Origin: Candidatus Deferrimicrobiaceae bacterium | Lineage (GTDB): Bacteria > Desulfobacterota > Deferrimicrobia > Deferrimicrobiales > Deferrimicrobiaceae | Length of the DNA stretch: 64,000 bases | Assembly (NCBI GenBank): GCA_963792415.1 | Contig: CAWBVY010000009.1 | Coordinates: 76,629 to 140,628, forward strand | Direction: 5' to 3' | In this document: positions 1 through 11,015 of the stretch, piece by piece | Position numbering within the stretch: position 1 is the first letter of the stretch | Layout: each line of letters opens with the position of its first letter | Notes under the pieces: model-generated | What the model saw: the letters and a program-made list of their open reading frames with translations, nothing else | The model's database searches: none | Told to the model about the DNA's origin: nothing | Made by a program: the position numbers and the translations under genes

Positions 1-1106
<1,106 letters not shown>

Positions 1107-1213
1107 TCACTCCGTCACGGCGGGTTGGTTGCTCGGGAATATCCGTCCGACCGGATCCCCCGTCTACCATGATAAACTTAATTTGCATCCATGGATCCAA
1201 TAAGGAGGGGGCA

Positions 1214-1765
1214 ATGAAACAATATCGAATTGCCGTTGTCGTAGGCAGTCTTCGCAAGGAGTCGTTCAACCGCAAGCTTGCCGACGCCGTCGCGAAGCTG
1301 GCGCCGCCCGATTTCTCGTTCCACCAGGTGCCGATCGGCGACCTGCCGCTCTACAACCAGGACGACGACGCGGGCCCGGCCGACGCCGTCAAGCGGCTGA
1401 AGAGCGAAATCACCGCTTCCCAGGGCCTCCTGTTCGTCACCGCCGAATACAACCGCTCGATCCCCGGGGTGCTCAAGAACGCGATCGACCACGCCTCGCG
1501 CCCGTACGGCCAGAGCGCCTGGGCTGGCAAGCCCGCCGGAGTGTTGGGGGTTTCGATCGGCCCCATCGGCACATCCCTGGCGCAGCAGCACCTGCGCAAT
1601 GTCCTCTCGTACCTGGACGTACCGACGCTCGGCCAGCCCGAAGTGTTCCTGCAGGCCAAGGACGAACTGTTCGACGAGGCCGGCGACATCGGGCCGGCCA
1701 GCAGAAAATTCCTTCAGAACTGGATGGATCGGTATGTCGCCTGGGTGAAGAAGCACGCTGCCTGA
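1214..1765 (+). CDS. NADPH-dependent FMN reductase (ChrR/YieF family)
   Basis: VGSLRKESFN, AEYNRSIPGVLKNAIDHASRPYG motifs; AGGAGG before ATG. Confidence 0.92.
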   Translation: MKQYRIAVVVGSLRKESFNRKLADAVAKLAPPDFSFHQVPIGDLPLYNQDDDAGPADAVKRLKSEITASQGLLFVTAEYNRSIPGVLKNAIDHASRPYGQSAWAGKPAGVLGVSIGPIGTSLAQQHLRNVLSYLDVPTLGQPEVFLQAKDELFDEAGDIGPASRKFLQNWMDRYVAWVKKHAA

Positions 1766-1819
1766 GGCGGCCCGGGGAAACGCTCCGAAGAACTCCGGTC
1801 CCCCGGGGGCGACCCGCAC

Positions 1820-1917
1820 CCGGAACGCATGGAGTTCCTCCCCCGGATCAGGAAGAAGATGGCGAAGGCGACGATCAGGAAATTGACGACGGTGCCCACG
1901 AACATTCCTTCGTTGAA
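1820..1917 (-). pseudogene. mscL: Remnant of large-conductance mechanosensitive channel (TM2 only)
   Basis: FNEGMFVGTVVNFLIVAFAIFFLIR resembles MscL TM2; the N-terminal half is absent. Confidence 0.7.
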
Positions 1918-1962
1918 GGCTCCTCCCCCCCCCTCACGCGGAGGAAGGAGCCGGCCTGAGGG

Positions 1963-2244
1963 TTATTTCTTCTTCGTTTCCTTCGCCTTCGCGTCCTTGA
2001 CCTCGATCGTGGCCGCGGTCATCCGGTATTCGATGGTGACCTTGGAGCCGACCTTGAGGTCCCCCGTGACCTTCGTGTCCTTGCCGCGGGCGATCTCCCA
2101 CTTGTCCTTCCCCTTCTGCACGACGATCACGTCGTCCTTGAGCTCCAGGACGGGCCCGGTCACCTGATACGTGTTCGGCGGGCCGGCAACGGCGAGCGAG
2201 GCGACGAGCAGCAGTGCGCAAACGAACAGCAGCGTGCGCTTCAT
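1963..2244 (-). CDS. Small exported beta-barrel (OB-fold-like) protein
   Basis: Signal peptide MKRTLLFVCALLLVASLAVA; GDLKVGSKVTIEY; GAAGGAGG RBS. Confidence 0.75.
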   Translation of the reverse strand: MKRTLLFVCALLLVASLAVAGPPNTYQVTGPVLELKDDVIVVQKGKDKWEIARGKDTKVTGDLKVGSKVTIEYRMTAATIEVKDAKAKETKKK

Positions 2245-2404
2245 CGGAATCCCTCCTTCGGGCATGCGGGGTGTGATCGATATAAGTAATTATAGTTTGG
2301 TTTTTCAACGCGTTGAAACGCATATTTCCGGTCGTCGCGGGTCGGCCGGTTCCCCGGCCGGATTCCCATCGGGCATTGCGGCGGTGCCGAAGGGGGGGCT
2401 CCTC

Positions 2405-2467
2405 CCGCCATGCGCCCCGTGACGAATCGTTCGCCGATTCCGATGCCGGCCTCCCCCGCGCCGGGGA
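2405..2467 (-). repeat. 63-bp copy of an internal malic enzyme segment (131-193)
   Basis: 58/63 identical by manual alignment; encodes [11 protein letters not shown]. Confidence 0.9.
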
Positions 2468-2485
2468 GCGTCGGGGCCTCGATCG

Positions 2486-3589
2486 TCACTCCCCGTCTTC
2501 CGGGCGGAAAACGGACGCGGTCTCGACGGGAAGCGCCAGGCCGACGACGTCCCCTTCGTTCGGCGCCTCCCCGTCCGTGAGGACCGTGAGGATCCCCCCT
2601 GCGGTTTGCACGGAGACGAGCCTCTCCCGGCCGAGATTCTCCGCGGAGACGACGACCCCGCGGAGGGCGGGAGGTCCGGGATCCCCGGAAATCCTCACGT
2701 GCTCGGGGCGCAGGCCGAGAAGGACCCGACGGGTCCCGAGCCCCCGGACTTCCCCGGCCTTTCCGGGAGACAGGGCGATGGTTTCCTCTCCCATGCGAAG
2801 GTGCAGGCGGCCCTTCTCCTCGAAGACCCCCGCATCCAGGAGGTTCATCGGGGCGGGCCCGATGAACGACCCTGCGAAAGGCGTCCGCGGCGACTCGTAG
2901 AGTTCCCGCGGCGTCCCGACCTGGAGAACGCGCCCATCGCGCATGAGGGCCACCCGGTCGCCGAGGGTCATCGCCTCCGTCTGGTCGTGCGTGACATACA
3001 GCGTGGTGACGGCCAGTTCGCGCTGGAGGCGCTTCAACTCCGCCCGGGTCGCGGCACGCAGGGCGGCGTCGAGGTTCGACAGCGGCTCGTCGAGCAGGAA
3101 GAGACGGGGCTTCCGGACGATCGCGCGCGCGATCGCGACCCGCTGGCGCTGCCCCCCGGAGAGCTCTCCCGGCCGCGCGCGAAGCAGGTCGCCGATCCCG
3201 AGCATGGACGCGGCGCGGGCCACCTCCGCCGCGATCGATTCCTCCTTCCCCCCGGCCACGCGCAAGGGGAAGGCGATGTTCCCGAACACGTCCAGGTGCG
3301 GGTAGAGCGCGTAGCTCTGGAAGACCATCGCCACGTTTCGCTCCCGGGGGGAGACGAAGACCTTCTTCCGGGGCGCCGCCACCAGCTCGCCGTCGAACCG
3401 GATCTCCCCCGAGGAGGGCTTCAGCAAACCCGCCGCGAGGGAAAGGAGCGTCGACTTTCCGCAGCCGCTGGGTCCGAGAAGGACGAACAGTTCCCCTTCG
3501 CGGACCGTCAGGTCGACCCCCCGTACCGCCGGGACCTCCCCGCGCTCCGAGACGAAGGTCTTGCCGATCCCGTGGAACGTCAGCATCAT
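2486..3589 (-). CDS. Sugar ABC transporter ATP-binding protein (MalK-like)
   Basis: GPSGCGKS, VFQSYALYPH, LSGGQRQR, DEPLSNLD, C-terminal TOBE-like region. Confidence 0.95.
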   Translation of the reverse strand: MMLTFHGIGKTFVSERGEVPAVRGVDLTVREGELFVLLGPSGCGKSTLLSLAAGLLKPSSGEIRFDGELVAAPRKKVFVSPRERNVAMVFQSYALYPHLDVFGNIAFPLRVAGGKEESIAAEVARAASMLGIGDLLRARPGELSGGQRQRVAIARAIVRKPRLFLLDEPLSNLDAALRAATRAELKRLQRELAVTTLYVTHDQTEAMTLGDRVALMRDGRVLQVGTPRELYESPRTPFAGSFIGPAPMNLLDAGVFEEKGRLHLRMGEETIALSPGKAGEVRGLGTRRVLLGLRPEHVRISGDPGPPALRGVVVSAENLGRERLVSVQTAGGILTVLTDGEAPNEGDVVGLALPVETASVFRPEDGE

Positions 3590-4416
3590 TCCTTGACCGC
3601 CCCTCTCGTGAGTCCCGTCACGATCCCCCGCTGGAACGCCAGCACCAGGAGGACGACCGGCACGACCGCGAGCGTCGCCGCCGCCATGATCATGCCCCAG
3701 GGGATCTCCCCGTGCAGCCCCTCGAAGAGCGCGATCCCCACGGGGATCGTGCGCGCGTTCCTGCCCGTGGTCAAGAGAAGCGCGAACAGGAACTCGTTGA
3801 AGGCGAAGATGAACGCCAGGATCGCGGTGGAGAGGATCCCGGGGGCGGCGACGGGAACCATCACCTTCCGCAGCGCGGCAAGCCGGCCGCAGCCGTCGAG
3901 GAGCGCCGCGCGGTCGAGGTCCCGGGGGATCCGGGAGAAGTGGCTCGCGAGGATCCACAGGGACAGGGGGAGGACCCAAGCCGTGTAGGGGAGCACCAGG
4001 GCGGCGTAGGTGTTGATCCAGCCCAGGGCGCTCATCATCCGGAAAAGATAGCTCACCAGGCTCACGGGCGGAAACATGGAGACCGCCAGGACGAGGAAGA
4101 GGAAGGACATCCGGCCCGGCAGTTCCAGCCGGGTGACCGCGTAGGCGGCAGGGGCCGCGAGGGCCACGGCGAGGATGGCGGAAAGCCCCGATACCACGAT
4201 GCTGTTCACGACATACTCCGGAAAATGGAGCGACCCCGTTCCGAGCACCTCGAGGAAATGCCCGGCGGTCAGGCGCACCTCCGCTCCCGCGGAGAGAACG
4301 TCGGGGCGGCTCGACGCCGCGACGAGGACCATGTAGGCGACCGGCAGGAGGCAGAACGCCGTCATCGCCGCGGCGCCCACGGTGTAGAGGATCCGGATCC
4401 TGCGCTCCTCGCTCAT
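3586..4416 (-). CDS. Carbohydrate ABC permease (MalG-like)
   Basis: DRAALLDG EAA-like motif, NEFLFAL, TM helices; start MSEERR. Confidence 0.92.
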   Translation of the reverse strand: MSEERRIRILYTVGAAAMTAFCLLPVAYMVLVAASSRPDVLSAGAEVRLTAGHFLEVLGTGSLHFPEYVVNSIVVSGLSAILAVALAAPAAYAVTRLELPGRMSFLFLVLAVSMFPPVSLVSYLFRMMSALGWINTYAALVLPYTAWVLPLSLWILASHFSRIPRDLDRAALLDGCGRLAALRKVMVPVAAPGILSTAILAFIFAFNEFLFALLLTTGRNARTIPVGIALFEGLHGEIPWGMIMAAATLAVVPVVLLVLAFQRGIVTGLTRGAVKE

Positions 4417-5303
4417 GCGACCTCCCTCCCGAACCGGCTTGCCCGCAGGTACAGAAGGGAGAGGATGAAGGCGAGGAGGAACAGGACGACGGAGACCGCC
4501 GACCCGTATCCGAAATCCCCCCCGACGAAGAAGCGGTACCCGTACAGGGAAAGGGAGGTCGTGCTCCCTCCCGGCCCTCCTCCCGTCAGGACGAATATGA
4601 GGTCGAAGACGCGCAGGGAGTCGATCGTGCGGAAAAGGAGGGCCACGACGAAGACGGGCCGCAGCAGCGGGAGCGTGACCCGGAAAAACCGCTGCAAGGG
4701 GCCTGCCCGGTCCACCTCGGCCTGCCGGTAGAGGTCCTCCGGGATCGCGGAGAGGCCGGCGAGGAGCAGGATCGCGACGAACGGGGTCGTCTTCCATGCG
4801 TCCGCCGCGACGAGCGCCAGGAAGGCGCCGGCGGACGTCCCGAGCCAATGGACGGGTCCCTCGGAAAGCCCGATTCCGGTCACGAGCGCATTCGCCAGCC
4901 CGTACTGGACGTTGTAGATCAGTTCGAAGACCCTCCCGGAGACGGCGGCCGGGATCGCCCAGGGGAGGAGGACCCCGGCGCGCAGAAACCCGCGGGCGGA
5001 GGTGGGGTGTTCGAGGAGGAGCGCGAAGGCGAGCCCCAGCGCCAGCTCCAGGGGGACGGAGACGAGCGTGAAGAGCCCCGTGAAGCGGAGGGACTGCCAG
5101 AAGCCCGGGTCCGATGCAAGGGACCGGTAATTCCCGAGGCCGATGAAACGCCGCGGAAGGAAGGTCACGTCGCGGTGCAGGCTGTCCAGGACGGTCCCCA
5201 TCACGGGGAGGAAGACGAACGCCAGCAGGAGGGCGCACACCGGGGCGAGAAAGGCGTACCCTTTCAGGAGTTCGCGAAGATCGTGGTCTTTCCTCATGTT
5301 CAC
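4413..5303 (-). CDS. Carbohydrate ABC permease (MalF-like)
   Basis: WKTTPFVAILLLAGLSAIPEDLY; LTGGGPG. Confidence 0.93.
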   Translation of the reverse strand: MNMRKDHDLRELLKGYAFLAPVCALLLAFVFLPVMGTVLDSLHRDVTFLPRRFIGLGNYRSLASDPGFWQSLRFTGLFTLVSVPLELALGLAFALLLEHPTSARGFLRAGVLLPWAIPAAVSGRVFELIYNVQYGLANALVTGIGLSEGPVHWLGTSAGAFLALVAADAWKTTPFVAILLLAGLSAIPEDLYRQAEVDRAGPLQRFFRVTLPLLRPVFVVALLFRTIDSLRVFDLIFVLTGGGPGGSTTSLSLYGYRFFVGGDFGYGSAVSVVLFLLAFILSLLYLRASRFGREVA

Positions 5304-5306
5304 GCC

Positions 5307-6602
5307 TCAATCGTACCGCGACAGGACGTCGCGGATTTCCCTCTGGGCGGCGGCGAGCGCCTCCCCGGGGGACAACCTGCCGGCCAGGGCGGCGTTCAGG
5401 CGGCGCTGGAGGATTTCCGATACCTGGCTGTAGTACGGCACCACCGGGCGGGGCCGGGCGCGTTCGATCACGGCCCGCAGTTCCCTGTAGTACGGGAGCC
5501 GCTCCGCCACTTCCGGATCGTCGTAGACGTCCATCCGCCCGGGGTTCCAGCCGAGGCGGAGGGCGAGCTTCTTCTGGATCTCGCGGGAGGTGAGAAAACC
5601 GATGAGCTTTGCGCCTTCCGCCGCGGCGTCGCCGTACCGGGAAAGGCCGATATGCCATCCCCCCAGGCACGACGTGCCGCGGCCCGGCTCGAACCCCGGG
5701 AGCGGGGCGGCGCCCGTCACCCCCTTGACCCTGGAGCCCGGCGCCTGGTGAAGGGACCAGGCGTAAGGCCAGTTCCGCTCGAAGAGCGCGTTCCCCTCCT
5801 GGAAAAAGGCGCGCGCCTCCTCCTCCGTCATTTCCGTGTAGGTGTTCGGCGGCGAGATCCCGTATTCGTGGATCAGGTCGCGCATGAACCGGAGCGCCTT
5901 GCGGTTCCGGGGGGTGTCCACGATCACCTTGCCGCCGACCGTCTCCACCCCGCCGTCCGCTCCCGCGAACTCCAGGAAGTCACAGACGAGTCCCTCGTAC
6001 TGCGCTCCCTGCCAGACGAACCCGTAAAACCCGGGACGATCGCGGCGCTCCCCCGCCTGGACCTTGAGAGCGGCCTCCTTGAGCTGTTCCCAGGTGGCCG
6101 GGGGACCGGGGATGCCGTATTTCCGCAGGAGATCGGTCCGGTAATAGAGAATCCCGCCATCCACGTACAGCGGCAGGGCGACGGTTCGCCCCTGCCATGT
6201 GTCGACAAGTTCGAGGATACGGGGGAAGAAGGCATCCCTCGCGCTGCATCCGTCGCGGCCCAGGTGGGTGTCGAGGGGGGCCAGCCACCCGGAAGCGGCG
6301 AATTGCGCCAGCCATGCCACGTCCATGAGAAACACGTCGGGGTCCCTTTCCCGCGCAAGGAGCGCGACGGAAAGGGTCTGGCGACGAAGGGTCGTGTCGG
6401 TGGGTTGGCGCAGAAGGTCGACGCGGATCCCCGTCCGGGCGGTGAACTCCCGGAGGAGCTCCTCCCAGTAATCCAGCTCGGAGGGCGCGCCCCCCACGGC
6501 GAACGTAAGGGTCTTTACGGGTGGGCGCAGACCGGCAGGGTGCGCATCCCTGGAAGTCCCCAGCAGAAGCACGGCGGCGAGAAGGAGGATCCGGGTCCGC
6601 AC
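5307..6602 (-). CDS. Sugar ABC substrate-binding protein (trehalose/maltose type)
   Basis: Signal peptide; QYEGLVCDFLE, FERNWPYAW, LGGWHIG. Confidence 0.9.
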   Translation of the reverse strand: MRTRILLLAAVLLLGTSRDAHPAGLRPPVKTLTFAVGGAPSELDYWEELLREFTARTGIRVDLLRQPTDTTLRRQTLSVALLARERDPDVFLMDVAWLAQFAASGWLAPLDTHLGRDGCSARDAFFPRILELVDTWQGRTVALPLYVDGGILYYRTDLLRKYGIPGPPATWEQLKEAALKVQAGERRDRPGFYGFVWQGAQYEGLVCDFLEFAGADGGVETVGGKVIVDTPRNRKALRFMRDLIHEYGISPPNTYTEMTEEEARAFFQEGNALFERNWPYAWSLHQAPGSRVKGVTGAAPLPGFEPGRGTSCLGGWHIGLSRYGDAAAEGAKLIGFLTSREIQKKLALRLGWNPGRMDVYDDPEVAERLPYYRELRAVIERARPRPVVPYYSQVSEILQRRLNAALAGRLSPGEALAAAQREIRDVLSRYD

Positions 6603-6703
6603 GCGACCTCCGGTACGGTTGCGGGCCCATTCGGCCCGATCGTGATGCCTCGAATCGTATCTTCACCCTGATCCGGGCATAATATCAACCGGAGGAGCGT
6701 CGG

Positions 6704-7345
6704 ATGCGTGAAGTGATCGAGCCTTTCATCGAACACCAGGGCGAGAAACGCGGCTTCTGGCTCAGGAAGCCGCGGACCATCGGCGAAAAGCTGCTGCTCG
6801 CGAAGAAAGGCAGCCCCCTGCGGATTCCCGGTAAAACCGTGATCCTTCTCGATCCCCGGAGCGCGTTCGGCACCGGCGGACACGGCACCACGGAAGGGTG
6901 CCTCGCCGCGCTCGAAAAGCGCATCAAGGGGGGCGAGACCGTTCTGGATGTCGGAACCGGTACGGGGATCCTCGCGATCGCGGCGAGTAAACTCGGGGCC
7001 GGTCGTGTCACCGCGATCGACATCGACCCGGTCGCCTGCGCGGAAGCCGTGAGGAACATCGCCTTGAACGGAATCGGCGACGGGATCGACGTCATCGAGG
7101 GCGGGATCGAATCCGCGAAGGATCGATACGACGTCATCGTCGCGAACCTGAGGACTCCCCTCCTCGTCGACCTCATGGACAGGCTGACGGAACGCCTCGC
7201 CGGGCGCGAAGTGGCGATTTTCTCGGGAATCATGGAGATGGAGCTTCATCCCTTCCTGGCGTTCCTCGATGGGCGTTGCATGGAAACAGTCGAACTGGAG
7301 AGGATCGGCGGCTGGATGACGGTGGTCTCGAGAAAGAGACCGTAG
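6704..7345 (+). CDS. PrmA-like SAM methyltransferase, N-terminally short
   Basis: AFGTGGHGTT, VLDVGTGTGILAI, DIDP; 213 aa. Confidence 0.85.
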   Translation: MREVIEPFIEHQGEKRGFWLRKPRTIGEKLLLAKKGSPLRIPGKTVILLDPRSAFGTGGHGTTEGCLAALEKRIKGGETVLDVGTGTGILAIAASKLGAGRVTAIDIDPVACAEAVRNIALNGIGDGIDVIEGGIESAKDRYDVIVANLRTPLLVDLMDRLTERLAGREVAIFSGIMEMELHPFLAFLDGRCMETVELERIGGWMTVVSRKRP

Positions 7346-7347
7346 GA
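7301..7347 (+). repeat. Direct repeat copy 1 (prmA-like 3' end)
   Basis: 41/47 identical to 10969-11015. Confidence 0.9.
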
Positions 7348-7388
7348 ATACCCTCTTCCGGGTTTTTTCCTCTCCGGCATTCCGAATT

Positions 7389-8642
7389 TCACAAAAGGCC
7401 GGCCGCGTGGGCGATGTTCCGGAGGATCTTCCACTCCTCGCCGATCCGCGTGCGGGCGGAGGCCCACGGGCTCGGGTCGATCTTCCGGGGCGACCGCCGG
7501 GCGCCCACGAGGGCCTCGTAGATCGCGAGCTGTTTCGAGGCGCTCCGCGGCATCGAGAATTCGCGGGCCGTCGCCTCCACCCCTTCGGCCAAGCGGCGCC
7601 GTTCCCCGGGATGCAGCTCCGCTACCCACCGGAGGGCCTCCCGGAAGGCTTCCGCATCGGGACGCGGGACGAGACGGCCGTTTACCCCGTCCCGCACCAC
7701 CTCGCGCGCTCCCGGGGCATCGAGCGCCACCACCGGCACCCCGGCCGCCATCGCCTCCGTCAGCACCATCCCCTGCGTCTCCGTCAACGACGCGAAGGCG
7801 AAGACGTCCATCGCCTTGTAAGCGGAGGCGAGTTCGCTGCCTTGCAGCACCCCGCCGGCGTTGATCCGCCCTGACAGCCCGTGCCGATCGAAGGTTGCGA
7901 GAACCTCCCCCTTGGACGCCCCCTCCCCGATCAGGAGGAAACGCCCACTCGGGTACCTCACGAGGAAGCCCGCCACGGCCTCGGCGAGAAAGCCCATGTT
8001 CTTCTCCGGGGCCAGCCGTCCCACGTGGCCCACGACGAACGGGCGGTCCGGGATCCCCGCCGCCCTCCGGTAGGCGGAACCGTCCGCCCGGTCGAAGAGA
8101 TCGAGGTCCACACCCGTCGGGATCACGGCGATGGGGGCCGTGACCCCCCTGCGGAGGAGGAGATCCTCGACCGTCTCGCTCGGCGCGATCACCGCGTCGC
8201 AAAGGTTGCAGTACCCGGTCGTGAGATCGATCACGAAACGTTTGAGCTGCGGGGAATCGCCGGGGACGTAATGCGTGTATTGCTCGTACATCGTGTGGTG
8301 CGTGAACACCACCGGAAGATCCCGGGAGGCCGCGACCCGCAGGGCGGTGTCGCCCAGGAGAAACGGATGATGGGAGTGGACCACCTGGGGCAGAAACGCC
8401 TTCAGGGCCGCGGACACCCCCCGGGTGATCGGGACGGGCACGGCGAAGTCGCTCCCGTTGAAATGCTGCACCGCGGGCACGCGAACGACGTCCTGCTCCG
8501 TCCGGGGCGGCCCCTCGAACTCCGGGGCCACGACGAGGACACGGTGCCCGCTCTCGCGGAACGCTTCCGTGAACCTCCGCACGCTGCCGGCCACCCCGCC
8601 CACGTGGGGAGTGAACGTGTTCGTAACCATCAGGATGTTCAC
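7389..8642 (-). CDS. Glycosyltransferase family 4
   Basis: VGGVAGSV, HVGRLAPEKN, ETQGMVLTEAMAAGVPVV; GTG start overlaps the upstream stop. Confidence 0.93.
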   Translation of the reverse strand: MNILMVTNTFTPHVGGVAGSVRRFTEAFRESGHRVLVVAPEFEGPPRTEQDVVRVPAVQHFNGSDFAVPVPITRGVSAALKAFLPQVVHSHHPFLLGDTALRVAASRDLPVVFTHHTMYEQYTHYVPGDSPQLKRFVIDLTTGYCNLCDAVIAPSETVEDLLLRRGVTAPIAVIPTGVDLDLFDRADGSAYRRAAGIPDRPFVVGHVGRLAPEKNMGFLAEAVAGFLVRYPSGRFLLIGEGASKGEVLATFDRHGLSGRINAGGVLQGSELASAYKAMDVFAFASLTETQGMVLTEAMAAGVPVVALDAPGAREVVRDGVNGRLVPRPDAEAFREALRWVAELHPGERRRLAEGVEATAREFSMPRSASKQLAIYEALVGARRSPRKIDPSPWASARTRIGEEWKILRNIAHAAGLL

Positions 8643-10897
8643 GGAGCGGCCTCGGGCTCGAGGAGCATCGACCCCTGCCCGGCCGGCGCCTCGACCGCCG
8701 CGAAGCCCGGGAGTCTCGCCTCGACGCGAGGGGGGACTCCCCTCCAGGAGCCGCCCCAACGCACCTCCGCCCGGCGGCCCCTGCGCACGATTTCCACGCG
8801 AACCTCGCCGAACGAGGTGGGCGCGGGACCGAGCGAGATCGGGCCTTCCATCTCCAGCCACTCAGGGAGAATTCCCGACGCAAGGACCAGCCGCTCCTCC
8901 TCCTCCCGGACGAACATGTTCCGGATCATGAGGACCCATTCGGCGGACGCCCACGCGTGCTGTCCATCTCCCATGCACCCCCCCCCTGTTCGGGGGTGCA
9001 CCGCCTCCGGCCATTGCCCCGTTGGAGACGCCAGGTTCGCCACGGTGCGGACCAGTTCCCGAAAACGCCCGTCCCCGGCGCGGAGCAGGACCTGCGCCAT
9101 GTGCAGGGTCAGGTACGGGTTGATCCCGGAGTGGATGATGTCCTGGTAGAACCCACCGTTCACCATGCAGTGGGAGAGGAGAAACTCCGTCGTGTCGAGG
9201 AGACGCGCGTCGTGCGGAGCGAAGATCCGCAGCGGATACCCGGCGGCCAGGGAGCCCACGGCTCCGGAGTCCAGCCGCCTGTGCGGCGACGCGGGCATCC
9301 CGGGCCTCCCCAGGCGCAGGGCGACGCGGGAGAGGCTTTTCTCCACGGCTTCGCGGAACTGCCCCGCCTCCTCCCGGAACGAGGAGGGGTCCGCATCCCC
9401 ATCCGCCGGAGGAAGCAGCCGGGACGCCGCGTGAAGACCCGCGATCCCCCAGAAATCGTCCCAGTAGTAGTAGTCGTTAGGGCCAAGATGCTCAGCGCTG
9501 AAGCCTGCCGGGAGGAGCCCCGCCTGCAGCTTTTCGTCGTCGGCCGGCAAACGGTTTCTTCGGATCCAGCGCGCCCCCCTCTCGATCGAGCGCCTCCATT
9601 CCGGTTTCGCCGGACGGCCGGTGAGTTCACAGTAGCGCATCAGGGTCCAAAGCGCTTCCCCGTTGGAGTCCCACTCGCCATCCTGCGAGTAGTACAGACC
9701 GGTGCGGGTCTGCCGCCGCGGGAACGTATCCAGGACCCTTTCCGCCCGATCCGCGAGGCCGAGACAGAGGAGGGCGTGGAGAATGAAGGACGCGTCCCGG
9801 AACCAGAAGCGCTTGTACGTGTAGGGCCCGGGGTAGACCTCCCCCGCCTGCGTGTGAAGGACGAGGTTGCGGACGGCCGCATCGAACAGCGACTGCATCC
9901 GCTGCCCCGGCAGCCGGAGGGCGGCGACTCCCGACAGGGCACGGTCCCAGCCCGGTGATCCCCGGGAAGAGGTGCGCGCGCGCTCCTTCCTCTCCGCGGG
10001 GACCCGCACCACCGCCTGCCGTTCCCCGCCCCCGCCGATCTCGTACAGCGCCGCCGCCGTGGCCATCCCCACGGCGCAGCGTACGCCGTCCCGCGCGTCG
10101 CGATCGAGAAGACGGGTATAGACGTCTCCGTTGTGGTAATCCGAGAAGGCGCACCGGTCCGGCGCGGGGTCGAAGAGCACGGCGTGGCGGTGGCCCACCC
10201 TCCAGCCGGCGCCCTGTCCGTCCGCATGGACCTCCTCCACGATGCTCACCCCTTCAGGATTGTACGGGCGAAGGGCTACCACGAGGTACGCGTCCGACGC
10301 GCTCCCCGCCCGGAGGGAGAGGACGCACTCCGGCGAGCCCCCCCGTTCCTCCACGCTCGTGCGCGACAGAAGCTCCATACCGTCGCATGCGCTGCGGGTC
10401 ACTACCGAGATGCTGTCTCCCAACTCGAGGTGCTGGTCGACGGCCTGCAGCTTGGAGGGGATGAGGCGGCGCCCGTCCCTGGCCACAACCCACACGTCGA
10501 GCGACCAGCCGTCCCAGAACGGCGTCACCAGGCCTCTCGGATCCACTATGGGAAGCCAGTCGCGGTCCGGCACCCCGATCGCGGTCCAGTTGCGATGCGT
10601 CAGATTGACGTGGGTGATCGAGAAGGCCCGCGGAATGAAGGCGTCGTCCGCCGGGTCGTACTGGCGCTCCACCCAGAAAGGCCAGATCCAGTCCAGGTTG
10701 TGCTGGATGGCGCCGGTGTTGAGAAGGCCCCTGGCGTGGAAAACCAGGCCCGCCCGGATCAGTTCAAGCGGCACCTTCCCCTCGAGCGGCTGCGCGAAGC
10801 TCTCCAGGCGGGAGAGCACCTTCACCGGGTCGATGAGCCCCCGGGCCCGAGCGGCGCGGCTTACGAGAAGCTTCCAGGGAAACCATCGCAACCACAT
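8639..10897 (-). CDS. Six-hairpin glycosidase (GH15/GH63-like fold)
   Basis: PGPYTYKRFWFRD, EWDSNGE, YYWDDFWG, QWPEAVHP, GDGQHAWASAE. Confidence 0.75.
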   Translation of the reverse strand: MWLRWFPWKLLVSRAARARGLIDPVKVLSRLESFAQPLEGKVPLELIRAGLVFHARGLLNTGAIQHNLDWIWPFWVERQYDPADDAFIPRAFSITHVNLTHRNWTAIGVPDRDWLPIVDPRGLVTPFWDGWSLDVWVVARDGRRLIPSKLQAVDQHLELGDSISVVTRSACDGMELLSRTSVEERGGSPECVLSLRAGSASDAYLVVALRPYNPEGVSIVEEVHADGQGAGWRVGHRHAVLFDPAPDRCAFSDYHNGDVYTRLLDRDARDGVRCAVGMATAAALYEIGGGGERQAVVRVPAERKERARTSSRGSPGWDRALSGVAALRLPGQRMQSLFDAAVRNLVLHTQAGEVYPGPYTYKRFWFRDASFILHALLCLGLADRAERVLDTFPRRQTRTGLYYSQDGEWDSNGEALWTLMRYCELTGRPAKPEWRRSIERGARWIRRNRLPADDEKLQAGLLPAGFSAEHLGPNDYYYWDDFWGIAGLHAASRLLPPADGDADPSSFREEAGQFREAVEKSLSRVALRLGRPGMPASPHRRLDSGAVGSLAAGYPLRIFAPHDARLLDTTEFLLSHCMVNGGFYQDIIHSGINPYLTLHMAQVLLRAGDGRFRELVRTVANLASPTGQWPEAVHPRTGGGCMGDGQHAWASAEWVLMIRNMFVREEEERLVLASGILPEWLEMEGPISLGPAPTSFGEVRVEIVRRGRRAEVRWGGSWRGVPPRVEARLPGFAAVEAPAGQGSMLLEPEAAP

Positions 10898-10968
10898 GGC
10901 GCACCCCCCGAACCTTCATTATATCGCGGGGGCCCGCAAGGGTCGGAGCATTCCCGGAGCGTATCGAA

Positions 10969-11015
10969 AGGATCGGCGGCGGGATGACGGTGGTCTCGAG
11001 GAGGAGACTACAGGA
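10969..11015 (+). repeat. Direct repeat copy 2 (prmA-like 3' end)
   Basis: aggatcggcggc.ggatgacggtggtctcgag shared with 7301-7347. Confidence 0.9.
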
